Shown here: positions 10,731-20,358 of the stretch, piece after piece | Position numbering within the stretch: position 1 is the first letter of the stretch | How the letters are laid out: each line of letters opens with the position of its first letter | Assembly: GCA_963653545.1 (NCBI GenBank) | Contig: CAVJWZ010000001.1 | Coordinates: 4,759-68,758 of the forward strand | Length of the DNA: 64,000 bases | Direction: 5' to 3' | From: an uncultured Eubacteriales bacterium | GTDB taxonomy: Bacteria > Actinomycetota > Coriobacteriia > Coriobacteriales > Eggerthellaceae | Notes under the pieces: generated by a model | What the model was told of the DNA's origin: nothing | The model's database searches: none | What the model saw: only the letters and a program-made list of their open reading frames with translations | Program-made: the position numbers and the translations under genes

Positions 10731-10776
10731 TTTGATTACATCCGGTTGGATTGGTTATTCGGCCGGTTTTTTTATC

Positions 10777-10850
10777 GGCGACGTGGCCAAGTGGTAAGGC
10801 AGAGGCCTGCAAAGCCTTTATCCCCGGTTCGAATCCGGGCGTCGCCTCCA
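10777..10850 (+). tRNA. tRNA-Cys(GCA)
   Basis: Cloverleaf with GAGGC-CTGCAAA-GCCTT anticodon arm, U73 discriminator and CCA. Confidence 0.96.
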
Positions 10851-10860
10851 GCTTACAGTT

Positions 10861-10936
10861 GCGGACGTGGCTCAGTTGGTAGAGCATAACCTTGCCAAGG
10901 TTGGGGTCGCGGGTTCGAATCCCGTCGTCCGCTCCA
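10861..10936 (+). tRNA. tRNA-Gly(GCC), copy 2
   Basis: Identical to 10655-10730. Confidence 0.96.
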
Positions 10937-11007
10937 TTTAATTTGAAATCTTTTACTTGTTCTCTTTTTGTGACTAAGACTTTCAATTTCTCATGGTAAG
11001 ATAACTG

Positions 11008-11103
11008 CGCTGTGGGGGAGTAGTTAGCTTTTTTGTGAGCGGCTACGTCAACATCATGGTTTTAACTAAACCTGGCGTACCTTAATTAACGAGACTCGCG
11101 GTG
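11008..11103 (+). ncRNA. yybP-ykoY (Mn2+-sensing) riboswitch
   Basis: Hallmark segments GGGGAGTAG, CGTCAACATCA, GGCG and CGAGAC occur in the right order; extended -10 TGgTAAGAT just upstream; lies directly before a TerC gene. Confidence 0.85.
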
Positions 11104-11133
11104 AAGGGTTAACTTTCACCGCGAGTCTTTTTT
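11092..11133 (+). terminator. Riboswitch expression-platform terminator
   Basis: 16-bp stem AGACTCGCGGTGAAGG/CTTTCACCGCGAGTCT followed by a T run; its 5' arm overlaps the 3' strand of the aptamer P1. Confidence 0.85.
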
Positions 11134-11156
11134 GATGTGAGCAGGAAAGGAAAGTA

Positions 11157-11999
11157 ATGGATCTCTCAATCTTCGCTACACCAGAGGCTTGGATTAGCTT
11201 AATTACGCTTATGTTTTTGGAAATCGTTTTAGGTGTTGATAATTTGGTATTTATTGCGATAACTACCGATAGACTTCCTGCTGAACAACAACATCTAGGG
11301 CGCAAACTTGGTCTTCTTGGCGCCCTTGTTACGCGTATTTTGTTTTTATGCTTTGTCTCTTTTCTGGTGCATATGACCAACCCTTTGTTTACTATTCCAT
11401 TCATTCAAATAAACGGTGAAGCCCTTGGCTTTTCTGTTCGAGATCTCGCGCTTTTTGTTGGCGGCGTTTATCTGATTTATAAGGGAATAACCGAGATTAT
11501 TTCAGTTATTAATTTAACGGAAGAAAAAGAAGCACAAGGAGATTCCGATAAACCGCGAAAAGCTATTTCAATGGTGCAGGCAGTTGCAACCATTATGGTG
11601 ATGGATTTGGTATTTTCAATCGATTCAGTTATTACAGCGGTTGGGCTTGCCAATCATCTCATTATTATGATTATCGCGGTAATGGCTGCAGTATTTCTTA
11701 TGATGGCATTTATTGATGCTATTTCTGATTTTATTAACTCGCATACCGAAGTTAAAATTTTAGCGCTTGTATTTATTGTAACCATTGGCTCATTGCTTGT
11801 TTTGGATGGCTTAGGCATTAATTCGGGTATTAAGATTCTTGATATGCATGCAGAAAAACTCATGGTTTATTTTGCTATGGTGTTTGCTGTTATTTTGGAA
11901 TTACTTCAAATGAAATATACGAAAAATTATCGCCTATGGACTGAAGAAAAGAACCGCGAACTTATGCAGGCGCAATCTTTGGAAGACGAGGCTCAATAA
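11157..11999 (+). CDS. TerC-family membrane protein (probable Mn export / metalation)
   Basis: LEIVLGVDNL and MDLVFSIDSVITAVG motifs; lies downstream of a yybP-ykoY riboswitch. Confidence 0.93.
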   Translation: MDLSIFATPEAWISLITLMFLEIVLGVDNLVFIAITTDRLPAEQQHLGRKLGLLGALVTRILFLCFVSFLVHMTNPLFTIPFIQINGEALGFSVRDLALFVGGVYLIYKGITEIISVINLTEEKEAQGDSDKPRKAISMVQAVATIMVMDLVFSIDSVITAVGLANHLIIMIIAVMAAVFLMMAFIDAISDFINSHTEVKILALVFIVTIGSLLVLDGLGINSGIKILDMHAEKLMVYFAMVFAVILELLQMKYTKNYRLWTEEKNRELMQAQSLEDEAQ

Positions 12000-12014
12000 G
12001 GAACAACAACAAAT

Positions 12015-12050
12015 AACAATTAGCAAGCTTATGTGTGCTTACTAATTGTT
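12015..12050. terminator. Probable bidirectional terminator between convergent genes
   Basis: AACAATTAG(C)AAGC...GCTT(A)CTAATTGTT inverted repeat. Confidence 0.5.
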
Positions 12051-12989
12051 GCTGTCTTCACCGCTTTCAGCAAACTTTTCTCGATGGTCAAATAAGGCAA
12101 TGCATTCTTCGGAGACGATATAGCGTACCGCACCGGGAAGGCAACGTGCGGTAAAAGGAGTTGAGAATTGTGTTGCCTCACCATCGTACTCAAGGAGCAT
12201 TGCCGGATCGGCGTCAATGGTTATCTCGCGTCCTCGATAAATTTCTACGGCACCAATTTTTTTCGCCAAATCACCTGAATGATCTACCGCTTTTGCAAAA
12301 ACGGTAGGTAAAAGCTCTACTGCATTTTTGGTTTTTAGTACAACAAGGTCAAGCATTCCGTCGCGGGGGAGGTTTTTGTCAGAAACCATAAGATCGAATT
12401 GAATTTTTGAGAAGTTGGTAATAACAACCCCAATGCCTGAGCTTTTTATTGTTTGGCCATCTATAGTGATGGTAAATTCGGAAAATTGAGGAGAAGGGTT
12501 GGTGAGTGCTGCTTCAAAATAAGCAATAGGTCCAAGAAGCTTTTTCTTGCTGCTGGCGTTGCTCATGATAAGTTGATCATAACCGCATCCCGCCATCATA
12601 GTAAAGCCAACCTTGGTGGTTTCGCATTCAATTTCTCCTAGATCAAACAGCAAGGTGTTGGCTTGATCTGCAAGCTTAGTAAGAGCATGGGGTTCGCTTG
12701 GCGAAAGTAAGTTAATTGCTAACAGGTTTGCCGTTCCTGCCGGGAAGGGCAAAATAGGGATGTTGGTATTTCTCAATTCATAACTTATGGTTGAAATCGT
12801 TCCATCGCCGCCACAGGCAACAACAAAATCGAAATTTTTTGCATCCTCAAGCAACTTAGAAAACGGTGTTTTGCCATTGAAAAAACGTATGGTAACAGAA
12901 TCGCCATCAACAGAATACGTGCGTATAAAATCGTATATTGCTCCTTCGCCATATCCTGATCCGAGGTTATGTATGACTAAAACATTCAA
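12042..12989 (-). CDS. Diacylglycerol/lipid kinase family protein (DgkB/YegS-like)
   Basis: CGGDGT, PAGTANLLA and YDGE motifs. Confidence 0.88.
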   Translation of the reverse strand: MNVLVIHNLGSGYGEGAIYDFIRTYSVDGDSVTIRFFNGKTPFSKLLEDAKNFDFVVACGGDGTISTISYELRNTNIPILPFPAGTANLLAINLLSPSEPHALTKLADQANTLLFDLGEIECETTKVGFTMMAGCGYDQLIMSNASSKKKLLGPIAYFEAALTNPSPQFSEFTITIDGQTIKSSGIGVVITNFSKIQFDLMVSDKNLPRDGMLDLVVLKTKNAVELLPTVFAKAVDHSGDLAKKIGAVEIYRGREITIDADPAMLLEYDGEATQFSTPFTARCLPGAVRYIVSEECIALFDHREKFAESGEDSNN

Positions 12990-13124
12990 GTAATACCTTT
13001 CTGTTACTATGGATATTACATGATATCAATTTTTACTTTGCAAAAAATTAATAAAACGGTTTTGTCTATAAGCAAGATTGTTTAGGATATTAGAAGTTTT
13101 GTTGTTCCCGATGGGATTATTACC

Positions 13125-14267
13125 ATGTTAATAGATGATGATTCGCAATTGCAGGCGTTTGTAAAGTGCTGTTTAAAAAGCTCTTATATGGCCATCGATA
13201 CTGAATTTTTACGTGAAAAAACCTACTACGCTCGCTTATGTCTTATTCAGGTTGCCATAGAAGGAGAAGTTGCAATAATAGATCCATTTGCTATTAAGGA
13301 TCTTTCATTGCTTTGCGATGTGCTTATTTCACCGGATATTGTAAAAATTTTCCATGCAAGTTCTCAAGACATTGAGATTTTATATCATGAGACAGGGGTA
13401 GTTCCCCATCCGGTGTTTGATACTCAAATTGCGGCGGCGCTTCTTGGTAAAACCCAGCAATCTTCTTACAGTTCTTTGGTCGCATTATATTGTTCAGTAA
13501 ATCTTCCCAAAAAAGATTCTTTTAGCGATTGGTCACAACGTCCACTTAAAGAATCTCAACTTACCTATGCCGCTGATGACGTTATATACTTGCCAAAAAT
13601 TTATCACGACATGGTTGAAATGCTTGAGGCAAAACATAGACTCCACTGGCTTGATGATGCTTTTGAGGAAATTTCAAATCCAGAGAAATATGAGATAAAA
13701 CCATATGAGCGTTATCGAAAATTACGCCGTGTTAACCAGCTAAATGCAAGGCAAATGGCTGCCGCTCGTGAGTTTGCTGCATGGCGTGAACTCAGGGCTC
13801 AAAACCTCAATATTCCTCGAAAATGGGTTGTTTCTGATGAACAGATTGTAGAAGCATGCAGACGCGAAGCCCGCACTATTGATGAGTTGTATATGGTGAG
13901 AGGGATGAGAGAATCTTTGCGTGCAGCAGAAGCGCGTCAGGTTGTTGCTTGTATCAAAAAAGGGCTTTCTTGTCCCAAGGACGAACTTCCGTGTGTACGT
14001 GAAAAAGTGAGAAACGAACACAACGTTGATATTGTAGTTGATCTTATGAATGCTCTTGTCCATTTGCGCGCGCGGGAAAATAATATTGCACCGCAAACTC
14101 TTGCGCCTCAAGCAGAGCTTATGAAGCTTGCGCGAGGTCATGATGATGAATGCGACCTTCTTAAAGGTTGGCGTTATAAAGTAATCGGAAAAGAGCTAAA
14201 AGATTTACGAGAGGGTAAATTTTCGTTACGAATTGCTGACGGAAATCTGAAAATTATCAAGCGGTAA
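13125..14267 (+). CDS. rnd: Ribonuclease D
   Basis: AIDTEF, KIFHA..QD, FDTQIAA, SDWSQRPL and YAADDV motifs plus an HRDC domain. Confidence 0.94.
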   Translation: MLIDDDSQLQAFVKCCLKSSYMAIDTEFLREKTYYARLCLIQVAIEGEVAIIDPFAIKDLSLLCDVLISPDIVKIFHASSQDIEILYHETGVVPHPVFDTQIAAALLGKTQQSSYSSLVALYCSVNLPKKDSFSDWSQRPLKESQLTYAADDVIYLPKIYHDMVEMLEAKHRLHWLDDAFEEISNPEKYEIKPYERYRKLRRVNQLNARQMAAAREFAAWRELRAQNLNIPRKWVVSDEQIVEACRREARTIDELYMVRGMRESLRAAEARQVVACIKKGLSCPKDELPCVREKVRNEHNVDIVVDLMNALVHLRARENNIAPQTLAPQAELMKLARGHDDECDLLKGWRYKVIGKELKDLREGKFSLRIADGNLKIIKR

Positions 14268-14332
14268 TGCTTCCGAATAATTTTTTAGTATCCTATTAAG
14301 CCAAAGATTAATCTCGCGAGGAGAACGCTAAA

Positions 14333-14989
14333 ATGATGTCTTATATTTTGCTGATCGTTGTAACGCTTGTTATTGGTTTTGGCGCACAGGCCTATGTTAG
14401 TTCCCAAATTAAAAAATATAGCCACGTTCCAAATTCAACTCAGATGACAGGTTATCAAGTGGCTACTGGGATGCTCGCCTATTACAACGTCTCAGGGGTA
14501 GAAGTTCGTATGGGCAGTCACGGTCAAAACTTCTTTAATCCAAAAGATAATTCCATTACGCTTGATCCTGAATCGTTTAACGGAGCAACTATTACTGCCA
14601 CAGCAACTGCCTGTCATGAGGTTGGGCATGCATGTCAATACGCCCAAGGCTATACAGCTATGAAGGTTCGTTCTGCGTTAGTCCCGGTAGTTAATTTTGC
14701 TTCTAATACATGGATTTTTATTTTTCTTATCGGTGTTTTTCTCAACCTGGCAGGGCTTGTTAATTTGGCAATTATTTTTTACGCTTTCGCGGTGTTGTTT
14801 CAAATTGTTACTTTACCTGTTGAATTCGATGCAAGTAAACGTGCGCTTGCGTATATGGAATCAACAGGGCTTCCTGGGGGGGAGCGTGCGGGCGCCTGGA
14901 GTGTACTGCGAGCATGTGCCCTTACCTATGTTGCTGCTGCTCTCATTTCTGTTTTGCAGCTTCTTTATCTTCTCGGCAATCGTGAGTAG
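14333..14989 (+). CDS. Membrane neutral zinc metallopeptidase (YugP-like)
   Basis: HEVGHA zinc motif, VTLPVEFDAS and A.ALTYVAA; several TM helices. Confidence 0.88.
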   Translation: MMSYILLIVVTLVIGFGAQAYVSSQIKKYSHVPNSTQMTGYQVATGMLAYYNVSGVEVRMGSHGQNFFNPKDNSITLDPESFNGATITATATACHEVGHACQYAQGYTAMKVRSALVPVVNFASNTWIFIFLIGVFLNLAGLVNLAIIFYAFAVLFQIVTLPVEFDASKRALAYMESTGLPGGERAGAWSVLRACALTYVAAALISVLQLLYLLGNRE

Positions 14990-14994
14990 TAAAT

Positions 14995-16302
14995 ATGGAG
15001 AGTTCTTGCACTCAAAAAGATGCACTCAGTGTCTCTTCGGCACTTGCGATAGTAAAATCACATCTTCAAGAGCATACTTTCAAGATTCTTGGTGAAGTGT
15101 CTGAGCTCAATGACAAACCTGGATACAAAGCGGTTTATTTCACGATTAAAGATGATAAGGCTACGCTTCCTTGTTTGATTTGGAAGAATCGATACCATGC
15201 AAGTGAAGCAAAGTTAAGTATTGGTGCAAAGGTTGAAGTAACAGGAAGATTTAGCATTTTTCCCGCTAAAGGACGCATGAATTTTGATGTTTTTCGTATT
15301 GCTTTAGCAGGGGAAGGAAATTTACGCTTACAGGTTGCCCGGTTGGCTCAAAAACTTAAAGTTGAGGGACTTATGGAGCCTTCGGCTAAGCTACCGTTGC
15401 CAGAATATCCTATGAGTATTGGGCTTGTTACCTCGCCGCGTGGTGCTGCGGTATTTGATGTTTTAAGAACGCTGCGCAGGCGTTTTCCTGTGGCAAAAAT
15501 TGTTTTTGCAGGTGTTGCCGTTGAAGGAAAGCAAGCAGCAGAAAATCTTACATCTGCCCTTCGTTGTGTTGCTGCGGCTAGCCCTGAAGTTATTTTGCTT
15601 GTTCGCGGCGGCGGATCGTTTGAAGATTTAATGCCTTTCAATGATGAAGCTCTCGCTCGAACAATTGCTTCACTGCCTATTCCGGTAGTCACGGGGATAG
15701 GGCATGAACCCGACACGTGTATTGCAGATATGGTTGCAGATTTAAGAGCGTCTACTCCAACAGCCGCAGCAGAGTCGGTTGCTCCTCAATTGAGCGAAAT
15801 TAATGAGTATTTACATCAGGTTAAAAAGCGCGCCTCAAGCGTCATGCTTCATCGCATATCGCGTTCGTATGTATATCTTGATTCTTTCGCTTCAAGACCT
15901 TCTTTAAGTAATCCTTTTTCTCTGCTTGAATCTGACTCACAGTTGCTTGATCATTTGAGTGGTCGTATTGAATTTATGTTGAAAGATGTTTTGACGTCTA
16001 GCAATCGCGAGCTTGCTTTGATTGATGCGCGCTTTACTCACCTTGGTAAAACATTGCTTTCAAGCAAGCAATCAGAAGCGGCACTTATGGTATCGCGCCT
16101 CAATGATCTTTCACCGCTCAAAACACTTGAACGTGGTTGGTCTATTGCATCTGATTCGCAAGGTAATGTAATAAAGAGCGTTGATCAGGTAACTGTGGGA
16201 GACGATCTTTCCATCCAGGTTACAAACGGAGAAATTCTTTGCAAAGTGCAAAACAGCAATGAACAAAAACTTTTTGAATTGGTGTCTTTGGAGGAACAAT
16301 GA
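14995..16302 (+). CDS. xseA: Exodeoxyribonuclease VII large subunit
   Basis: OB-fold (GEVS, YFTIKD), RGGGSFEDL, GIGHEPD, TPTAAAE and SPLKTLERGWS motifs. Confidence 0.96.
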   Translation: MESSCTQKDALSVSSALAIVKSHLQEHTFKILGEVSELNDKPGYKAVYFTIKDDKATLPCLIWKNRYHASEAKLSIGAKVEVTGRFSIFPAKGRMNFDVFRIALAGEGNLRLQVARLAQKLKVEGLMEPSAKLPLPEYPMSIGLVTSPRGAAVFDVLRTLRRRFPVAKIVFAGVAVEGKQAAENLTSALRCVAAASPEVILLVRGGGSFEDLMPFNDEALARTIASLPIPVVTGIGHEPDTCIADMVADLRASTPTAAAESVAPQLSEINEYLHQVKKRASSVMLHRISRSYVYLDSFASRPSLSNPFSLLESDSQLLDHLSGRIEFMLKDVLTSSNRELALIDARFTHLGKTLLSSKQSEAALMVSRLNDLSPLKTLERGWSIASDSQGNVIKSVDQVTVGDDLSIQVTNGEILCKVQNSNEQKLFELVSLEEQ

Positions 16303-16559
16303 CTAAAGCAACAGAAGAACATGAAATTGATCTTACGTTTAGAGAAGCCATGAATGAACTCAATTCAATAGTTGAACAGCTTGAGAGCAATACGCTTGAA
16401 CTTGAAGAGAGTCTTGTTAAATATGAAAGAGGCATTGCTCTTTTGCGTTATTTAAGGTCGAGTTTAAATAACGCTCAGCAAAAGATTGAAGTTTTGATGG
16501 GTGAACTCGACACCAGCGTAACTGATGAAGAAATTGATACCAATTTATCCAAAGCTTAG
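16299..16559 (+). CDS. xseB: Exodeoxyribonuclease VII small subunit
   Basis: TFREAMNELNSIVEQLE...LEESL..YERG; ATGA overlap with xseA. Confidence 0.95.
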   Translation: MTKATEEHEIDLTFREAMNELNSIVEQLESNTLELEESLVKYERGIALLRYLRSSLNNAQQKIEVLMGELDTSVTDEEIDTNLSKA

Positions 16560-16662
16560 ACGTTCTATTTCACCAGTTACCGAAAATGGTTCTGAGTCTA
16601 TAACGCTTCATTTTTATCCTCTGTACAATAGAGTCTATTGTTTGAAATAAGGAGGGAATCAG

Positions 16663-17898
16663 TTGAATATTCTTGTTATCAATGCGGGTTCGTCGTCATT
16701 GAAGTATCAGCTTGTTGATGTAGACACCAATAAAGTGAGTGCTCGTGGCCTTTGTGAACGTGTTGGTAGCAAAGATTCTTTTCATAAGCATGGCATTGAT
16801 GATAATGAGGTTGTTCATGAGCAACCTCTTAAAGATCATATTGAAGCCATGCGTGTCGTTCTTGATTCTCTTATCAATGGTCCCGATGCGGTAGTTTCTT
16901 CGCTTTCTGAAATCAGTGCTGTTGGTCATCGCATTGTTCATGGTGGCGAGTATTTCAAAAAATCAGAAATGATCACCGATGACGTTATTGCTAAAATTGA
17001 CGAGCTCGCAGAACTGGCGCCCCTTCATAATAAAGCAGCGTTGAGCGGTATTTTTGCTTGTCGCGAGCTTATGCCTGATACTCCTATGGTGGCGGTGTTC
17101 GACACAGCGTTTTTCCAAAGTCTTCCACCAAAAGCTTACATGTATCCAATTCCTTATGAGTATTACGAAAAATATGGCATAAGAAAGTATGGGTTTCATG
17201 GAACTTCTCACCGCTATCTCTCCGAACGAGCTGCAGCAATTCTTGATGAGCCTTTGACCGATTTGCGCCTTATTACGTGCCATTTGGGCAATGGTTGCTC
17301 GATTTCTGCGATTGATCATGGGGTACCTATCGATACCTCTATGGGTTTTACCCCTCTCGATGGTTTGATGATGGGTACGCGATCAGGCTCAATTGACCCT
17401 GCTATTATTCCTTTTTTGATGGAGCATGAAAATCTTTCTTCAGATGAAATCAATAACATATTAAATAAGCAATCGGGGCTTTTGGGTGTATCGGGCATTA
17501 GTAATGATTTGCGTAGCGTTCGCGATGCTTCTAATGCAGGAAATCCTCGAGCTATTCTTGCCTATGAGATGTACTCAAGCATTGTAAAGAAATATATTGG
17601 GCAATATCTTGCTCTCATGGCAGGAACCGATGCCATTGTTCTTTCTGCTGGTGTTGGCGAAAACTGCCAGAAAATGCGCCGAATGATTTTTTCAGGCTGG
17701 CAGCCTATGGGTATTATTTTAGATCAGGAGAAAAACAAGCAGCGAGGGTTTGAACGCATTATTTCTCATGAAAAATCTCGCGTCCCTATCATTGTTATTC
17801 CAACCGATGAAGAATATATGATTGCTCGTGACACCTACGACATTATCAAGGCAAACTCGCAAATTGTTCCCGTCGTTCCCCTTAAGAGTGTTTTGTAA
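16663..17898 (+). CDS. ackA: Acetate kinase
   Basis: NAGSSSLK, GHRIVHGG, APLHN, YGFHGTSH, HLGNG and PTDEE motifs. TTG start after GGAGGG. Confidence 0.96.
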   Translation: MNILVINAGSSSLKYQLVDVDTNKVSARGLCERVGSKDSFHKHGIDDNEVVHEQPLKDHIEAMRVVLDSLINGPDAVVSSLSEISAVGHRIVHGGEYFKKSEMITDDVIAKIDELAELAPLHNKAALSGIFACRELMPDTPMVAVFDTAFFQSLPPKAYMYPIPYEYYEKYGIRKYGFHGTSHRYLSERAAAILDEPLTDLRLITCHLGNGCSISAIDHGVPIDTSMGFTPLDGLMMGTRSGSIDPAIIPFLMEHENLSSDEINNILNKQSGLLGVSGISNDLRSVRDASNAGNPRAILAYEMYSSIVKKYIGQYLALMAGTDAIVLSAGVGENCQKMRRMIFSGWQPMGIILDQEKNKQRGFERIISHEKSRVPIIVIPTDEEYMIARDTYDIIKANSQIVPVVPLKSVL

Positions 17899-17969
17899 CT
17901 TTTTACAACCAGCAAGTATTTAATAGCGTTTTGAGTCATAGTCCGAGTTTTGGCTAGTTCAAACGCATT

Positions 17970-18006
17970 AAAAAACGGAAGAAACAAAGTGCTTCTTCCG
18001 TTTTTT
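17970..18006. terminator. Bidirectional intrinsic terminator between ackA and pta
   Basis: AAAAAACGGAAGAA-loop-TTCTTCCGTTTTTT perfect inverted repeat. Confidence 0.85.
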
Positions 18007-18026
18007 GATTGTGAGATTTTAGCTAG

Positions 18027-19016
18027 TTACATCGTTTGAGCTTGAACGCACGTAATGGCAATTACGCCAACAACGTCTTCAGCGGTGCAGCCGCGTGATA
18101 AATCATTTACCGGGGCAGCAAGCCCTTGAAGAACAGGACCATAAGCTTTTGCTCTGCCAAGGCGTTGTACCAATTTATATCCAATATTTGCAGCATCAAG
18201 GTCAGGGAAAATTAACGTGTTGGCATGACCTGCTACAGGTGATCCAGGGGCTTTTGATGCACCGAGTTCAGGAACAATAGCGGCATCAAGCTGCAGCTCA
18301 CCATCACATACTAAATCGGAATAGTGTTCTTTGATGTAGGCAACAGCCTCTTGAACTTTTTTGGCGTCATCATTTGATGCGCTGCCATAGGTTGAATGGG
18401 AAAGAAGAGCAATACGAGGCTCTTTGCCAAGAAGGCGCTTAAATGAGTTTGCGGTAAGGTTGGCAATATGGGCAAGCTTTTCTGCGGTTGGCTGAACTTC
18501 AAGGGCGCAGTCAGCAAAAGCAAAAATTCCATCTTCACCCAAATCACAATCGGGCACATCCATCAAAAACAAAGAACTTACCATAGGGGCACCCGGCGCA
18601 GTTTTAAGAATTCTGAGTGAGGGAGAAAGAATTTTAACAGTAGCATGGCAGGCACCACCAACAAGACCATCGCAAAGACCACTTTTTAGCATTAAGACAG
18701 CAAAATGAATAGGGTCTTTTGAAAGCTCTTCGGCTTCTTCTTTGGTCATCCCTTTATTTTTGCGGAGTTCATAGAGTAAATTTGCAAATTCTTCACGTTT
18801 ATCCGAGGTCAAAGGATCAATGATGGTTGCATCTGTGAGGTTATAACCTTTGCTTAGCACTTCTTTTTCATTGCCTATGATGATGACATTTGCAATATTT
18901 TCTTGAAGAGCGGTTTGTGCTGCTTCAAGGATACGATCATCGTTTCCTTCGGGCATAACAATTGTTTTCTTATCTTCTTTTGCACGCGCGATAAGAGTGT
19001 TTATGAATGAGCTCAT
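18027..19016 (-). CDS. pta: Phosphate acetyltransferase (short, class I)
   Basis: IVMPEG.D.R, DGELQLDAA, IFPDL.AANIGYK and PVNDLSRG motifs. Start 19016 after GAAAGGA. Confidence 0.93.
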   Translation of the reverse strand: MSSFINTLIARAKEDKKTIVMPEGNDDRILEAAQTALQENIANVIIIGNEKEVLSKGYNLTDATIIDPLTSDKREEFANLLYELRKNKGMTKEEAEELSKDPIHFAVLMLKSGLCDGLVGGACHATVKILSPSLRILKTAPGAPMVSSLFLMDVPDCDLGEDGIFAFADCALEVQPTAEKLAHIANLTANSFKRLLGKEPRIALLSHSTYGSASNDDAKKVQEAVAYIKEHYSDLVCDGELQLDAAIVPELGASKAPGSPVAGHANTLIFPDLDAANIGYKLVQRLGRAKAYGPVLQGLAAPVNDLSRGCTAEDVVGVIAITCVQAQTM

Positions 19017-19214
19017 TGATAATCCTTTCATGTGCTGTTGTGTTTTTAATTATACTAAGCCCTGTGCCAAAAACTATTCATATTGTTCAAGAGATATCTT
19101 TCATAGATAAACGGGTACCTTGCTTTCACCGTCTTTTAATAAGGGTGTCTATGATTGAGTGGTATTATTCAGTGGCTTTGAAATTATGTAACACTTTTGA
19201 AAGGCCATCAAATT

Positions 19215-20246
19215 ATGAAAACGATTTCATTTGCGGTTCCTTGCTTTAATTCTGCAGAGTATATGGAAGCGTGCGTAGACTCGCTTTTGCTTTGTGGTGA
19301 CGATATTGAGATTATTCTTGTAAACGATGGCTCCACCAAAGATAACACTGCTGAAATTGCTGATTCTCTTGCATTGCAGCATCCTGATATTGTCAAAGTT
19401 ATACACAAGGAAAATGGCGGTCACGGTTCGGCTGTCAATGCTGGGCTTGAAGCTGCGAGTGGTCTTTACTTTAAAGTTGTTGATTCAGATGACTGGCTTG
19501 ACGAGAATGCCATGAAAACAATTATGAACTATCTTCGCAAGCAAAGCGAAAACGTAGCTAATGGTTTTTGTGCTACTGATTTGGTGATATCCAACTATGT
19601 TTATGAAAAAGTGCATGAGGGCACCTGTACTCCTATGCGCTACACCAATGTATTTCCGGTAGAAAAAGAATTTTCTTGGTCAGATATTGGGCATTTTCAT
19701 TCTTCGCAATATCTTCTTATGCATTCTGTTTTTTACAGAACTGAACTTTTGAAAGAAATTGATCTCACCTTGCCCGAGCATTGTTTTTATGTAGACAACA
19801 TTTTTGTGTATGTACCTTTGCCCCATGTAAAATCTATCATGTATTTTGATGTGGACTCATACCGTTATTACATTGGTCGCGAAGACCAGTCGGTCAATGA
19901 GAAGGTTATGCTTTCGCGTATTGATCAGCAAATTCGCGTTACTAAAACCATGATTGATGCTGTGGATCTTGAAGCAGTTTCCGATAAAAGGCTTCGTCAC
20001 TACATGAGAAATTATCTTTCTATGATGATGTGTATTTGCTCAATTTTTTTGCGCATGGAGCCAACGGAAGAGAATAATATCAAGCGGCAAGATATTTGGG
20101 ATTATTTAAAATTAAAGGATGAAGGTTTATATAAAGATTTACGTAAAACATTGCTCAATATGGGATCGAATTTACCCACAGAATTTGGTCGTAAAGTTGG
20201 GTTGAGCGTTTATCATTTAGCCCAGAAAATTTTCAAATTTAATTAA
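19215..20246 (+). CDS. Glycosyltransferase family 2
   Basis: VPCFN, VNDGS.KD, ENGGHG and VDSDD (DxD) motifs. Confidence 0.92.
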   Translation: MKTISFAVPCFNSAEYMEACVDSLLLCGDDIEIILVNDGSTKDNTAEIADSLALQHPDIVKVIHKENGGHGSAVNAGLEAASGLYFKVVDSDDWLDENAMKTIMNYLRKQSENVANGFCATDLVISNYVYEKVHEGTCTPMRYTNVFPVEKEFSWSDIGHFHSSQYLLMHSVFYRTELLKEIDLTLPEHCFYVDNIFVYVPLPHVKSIMYFDVDSYRYYIGREDQSVNEKVMLSRIDQQIRVTKTMIDAVDLEAVSDKRLRHYMRNYLSMMMCICSIFLRMEPTEENNIKRQDIWDYLKLKDEGLYKDLRKTLLNMGSNLPTEFGRKVGLSVYHLAQKIFKFN

Positions 20247-20358
20247 GCCAACCTGAATCTGTACCAAATAATATGCGAGCCAAGTTTTATGGTTGCATGG
20301 ATTTATTTCCATGTTTATCAATGGTTTAGAAATAACGGTATTTAGATTCTATGCACTC

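Noticed and set aside
10655..10936. 76-bp direct repeat as possible attL/attR of an integrated element
   Set aside because: Both copies are complete tRNA-Gly genes flanking only tRNA-Cys; there is no integrase or cargo.
10666..10986. ORFs 10666-10986 (-), 10686-10889 (+) and 29712-29939 (+)
   Set aside because: They are shadow frames over tRNA genes.
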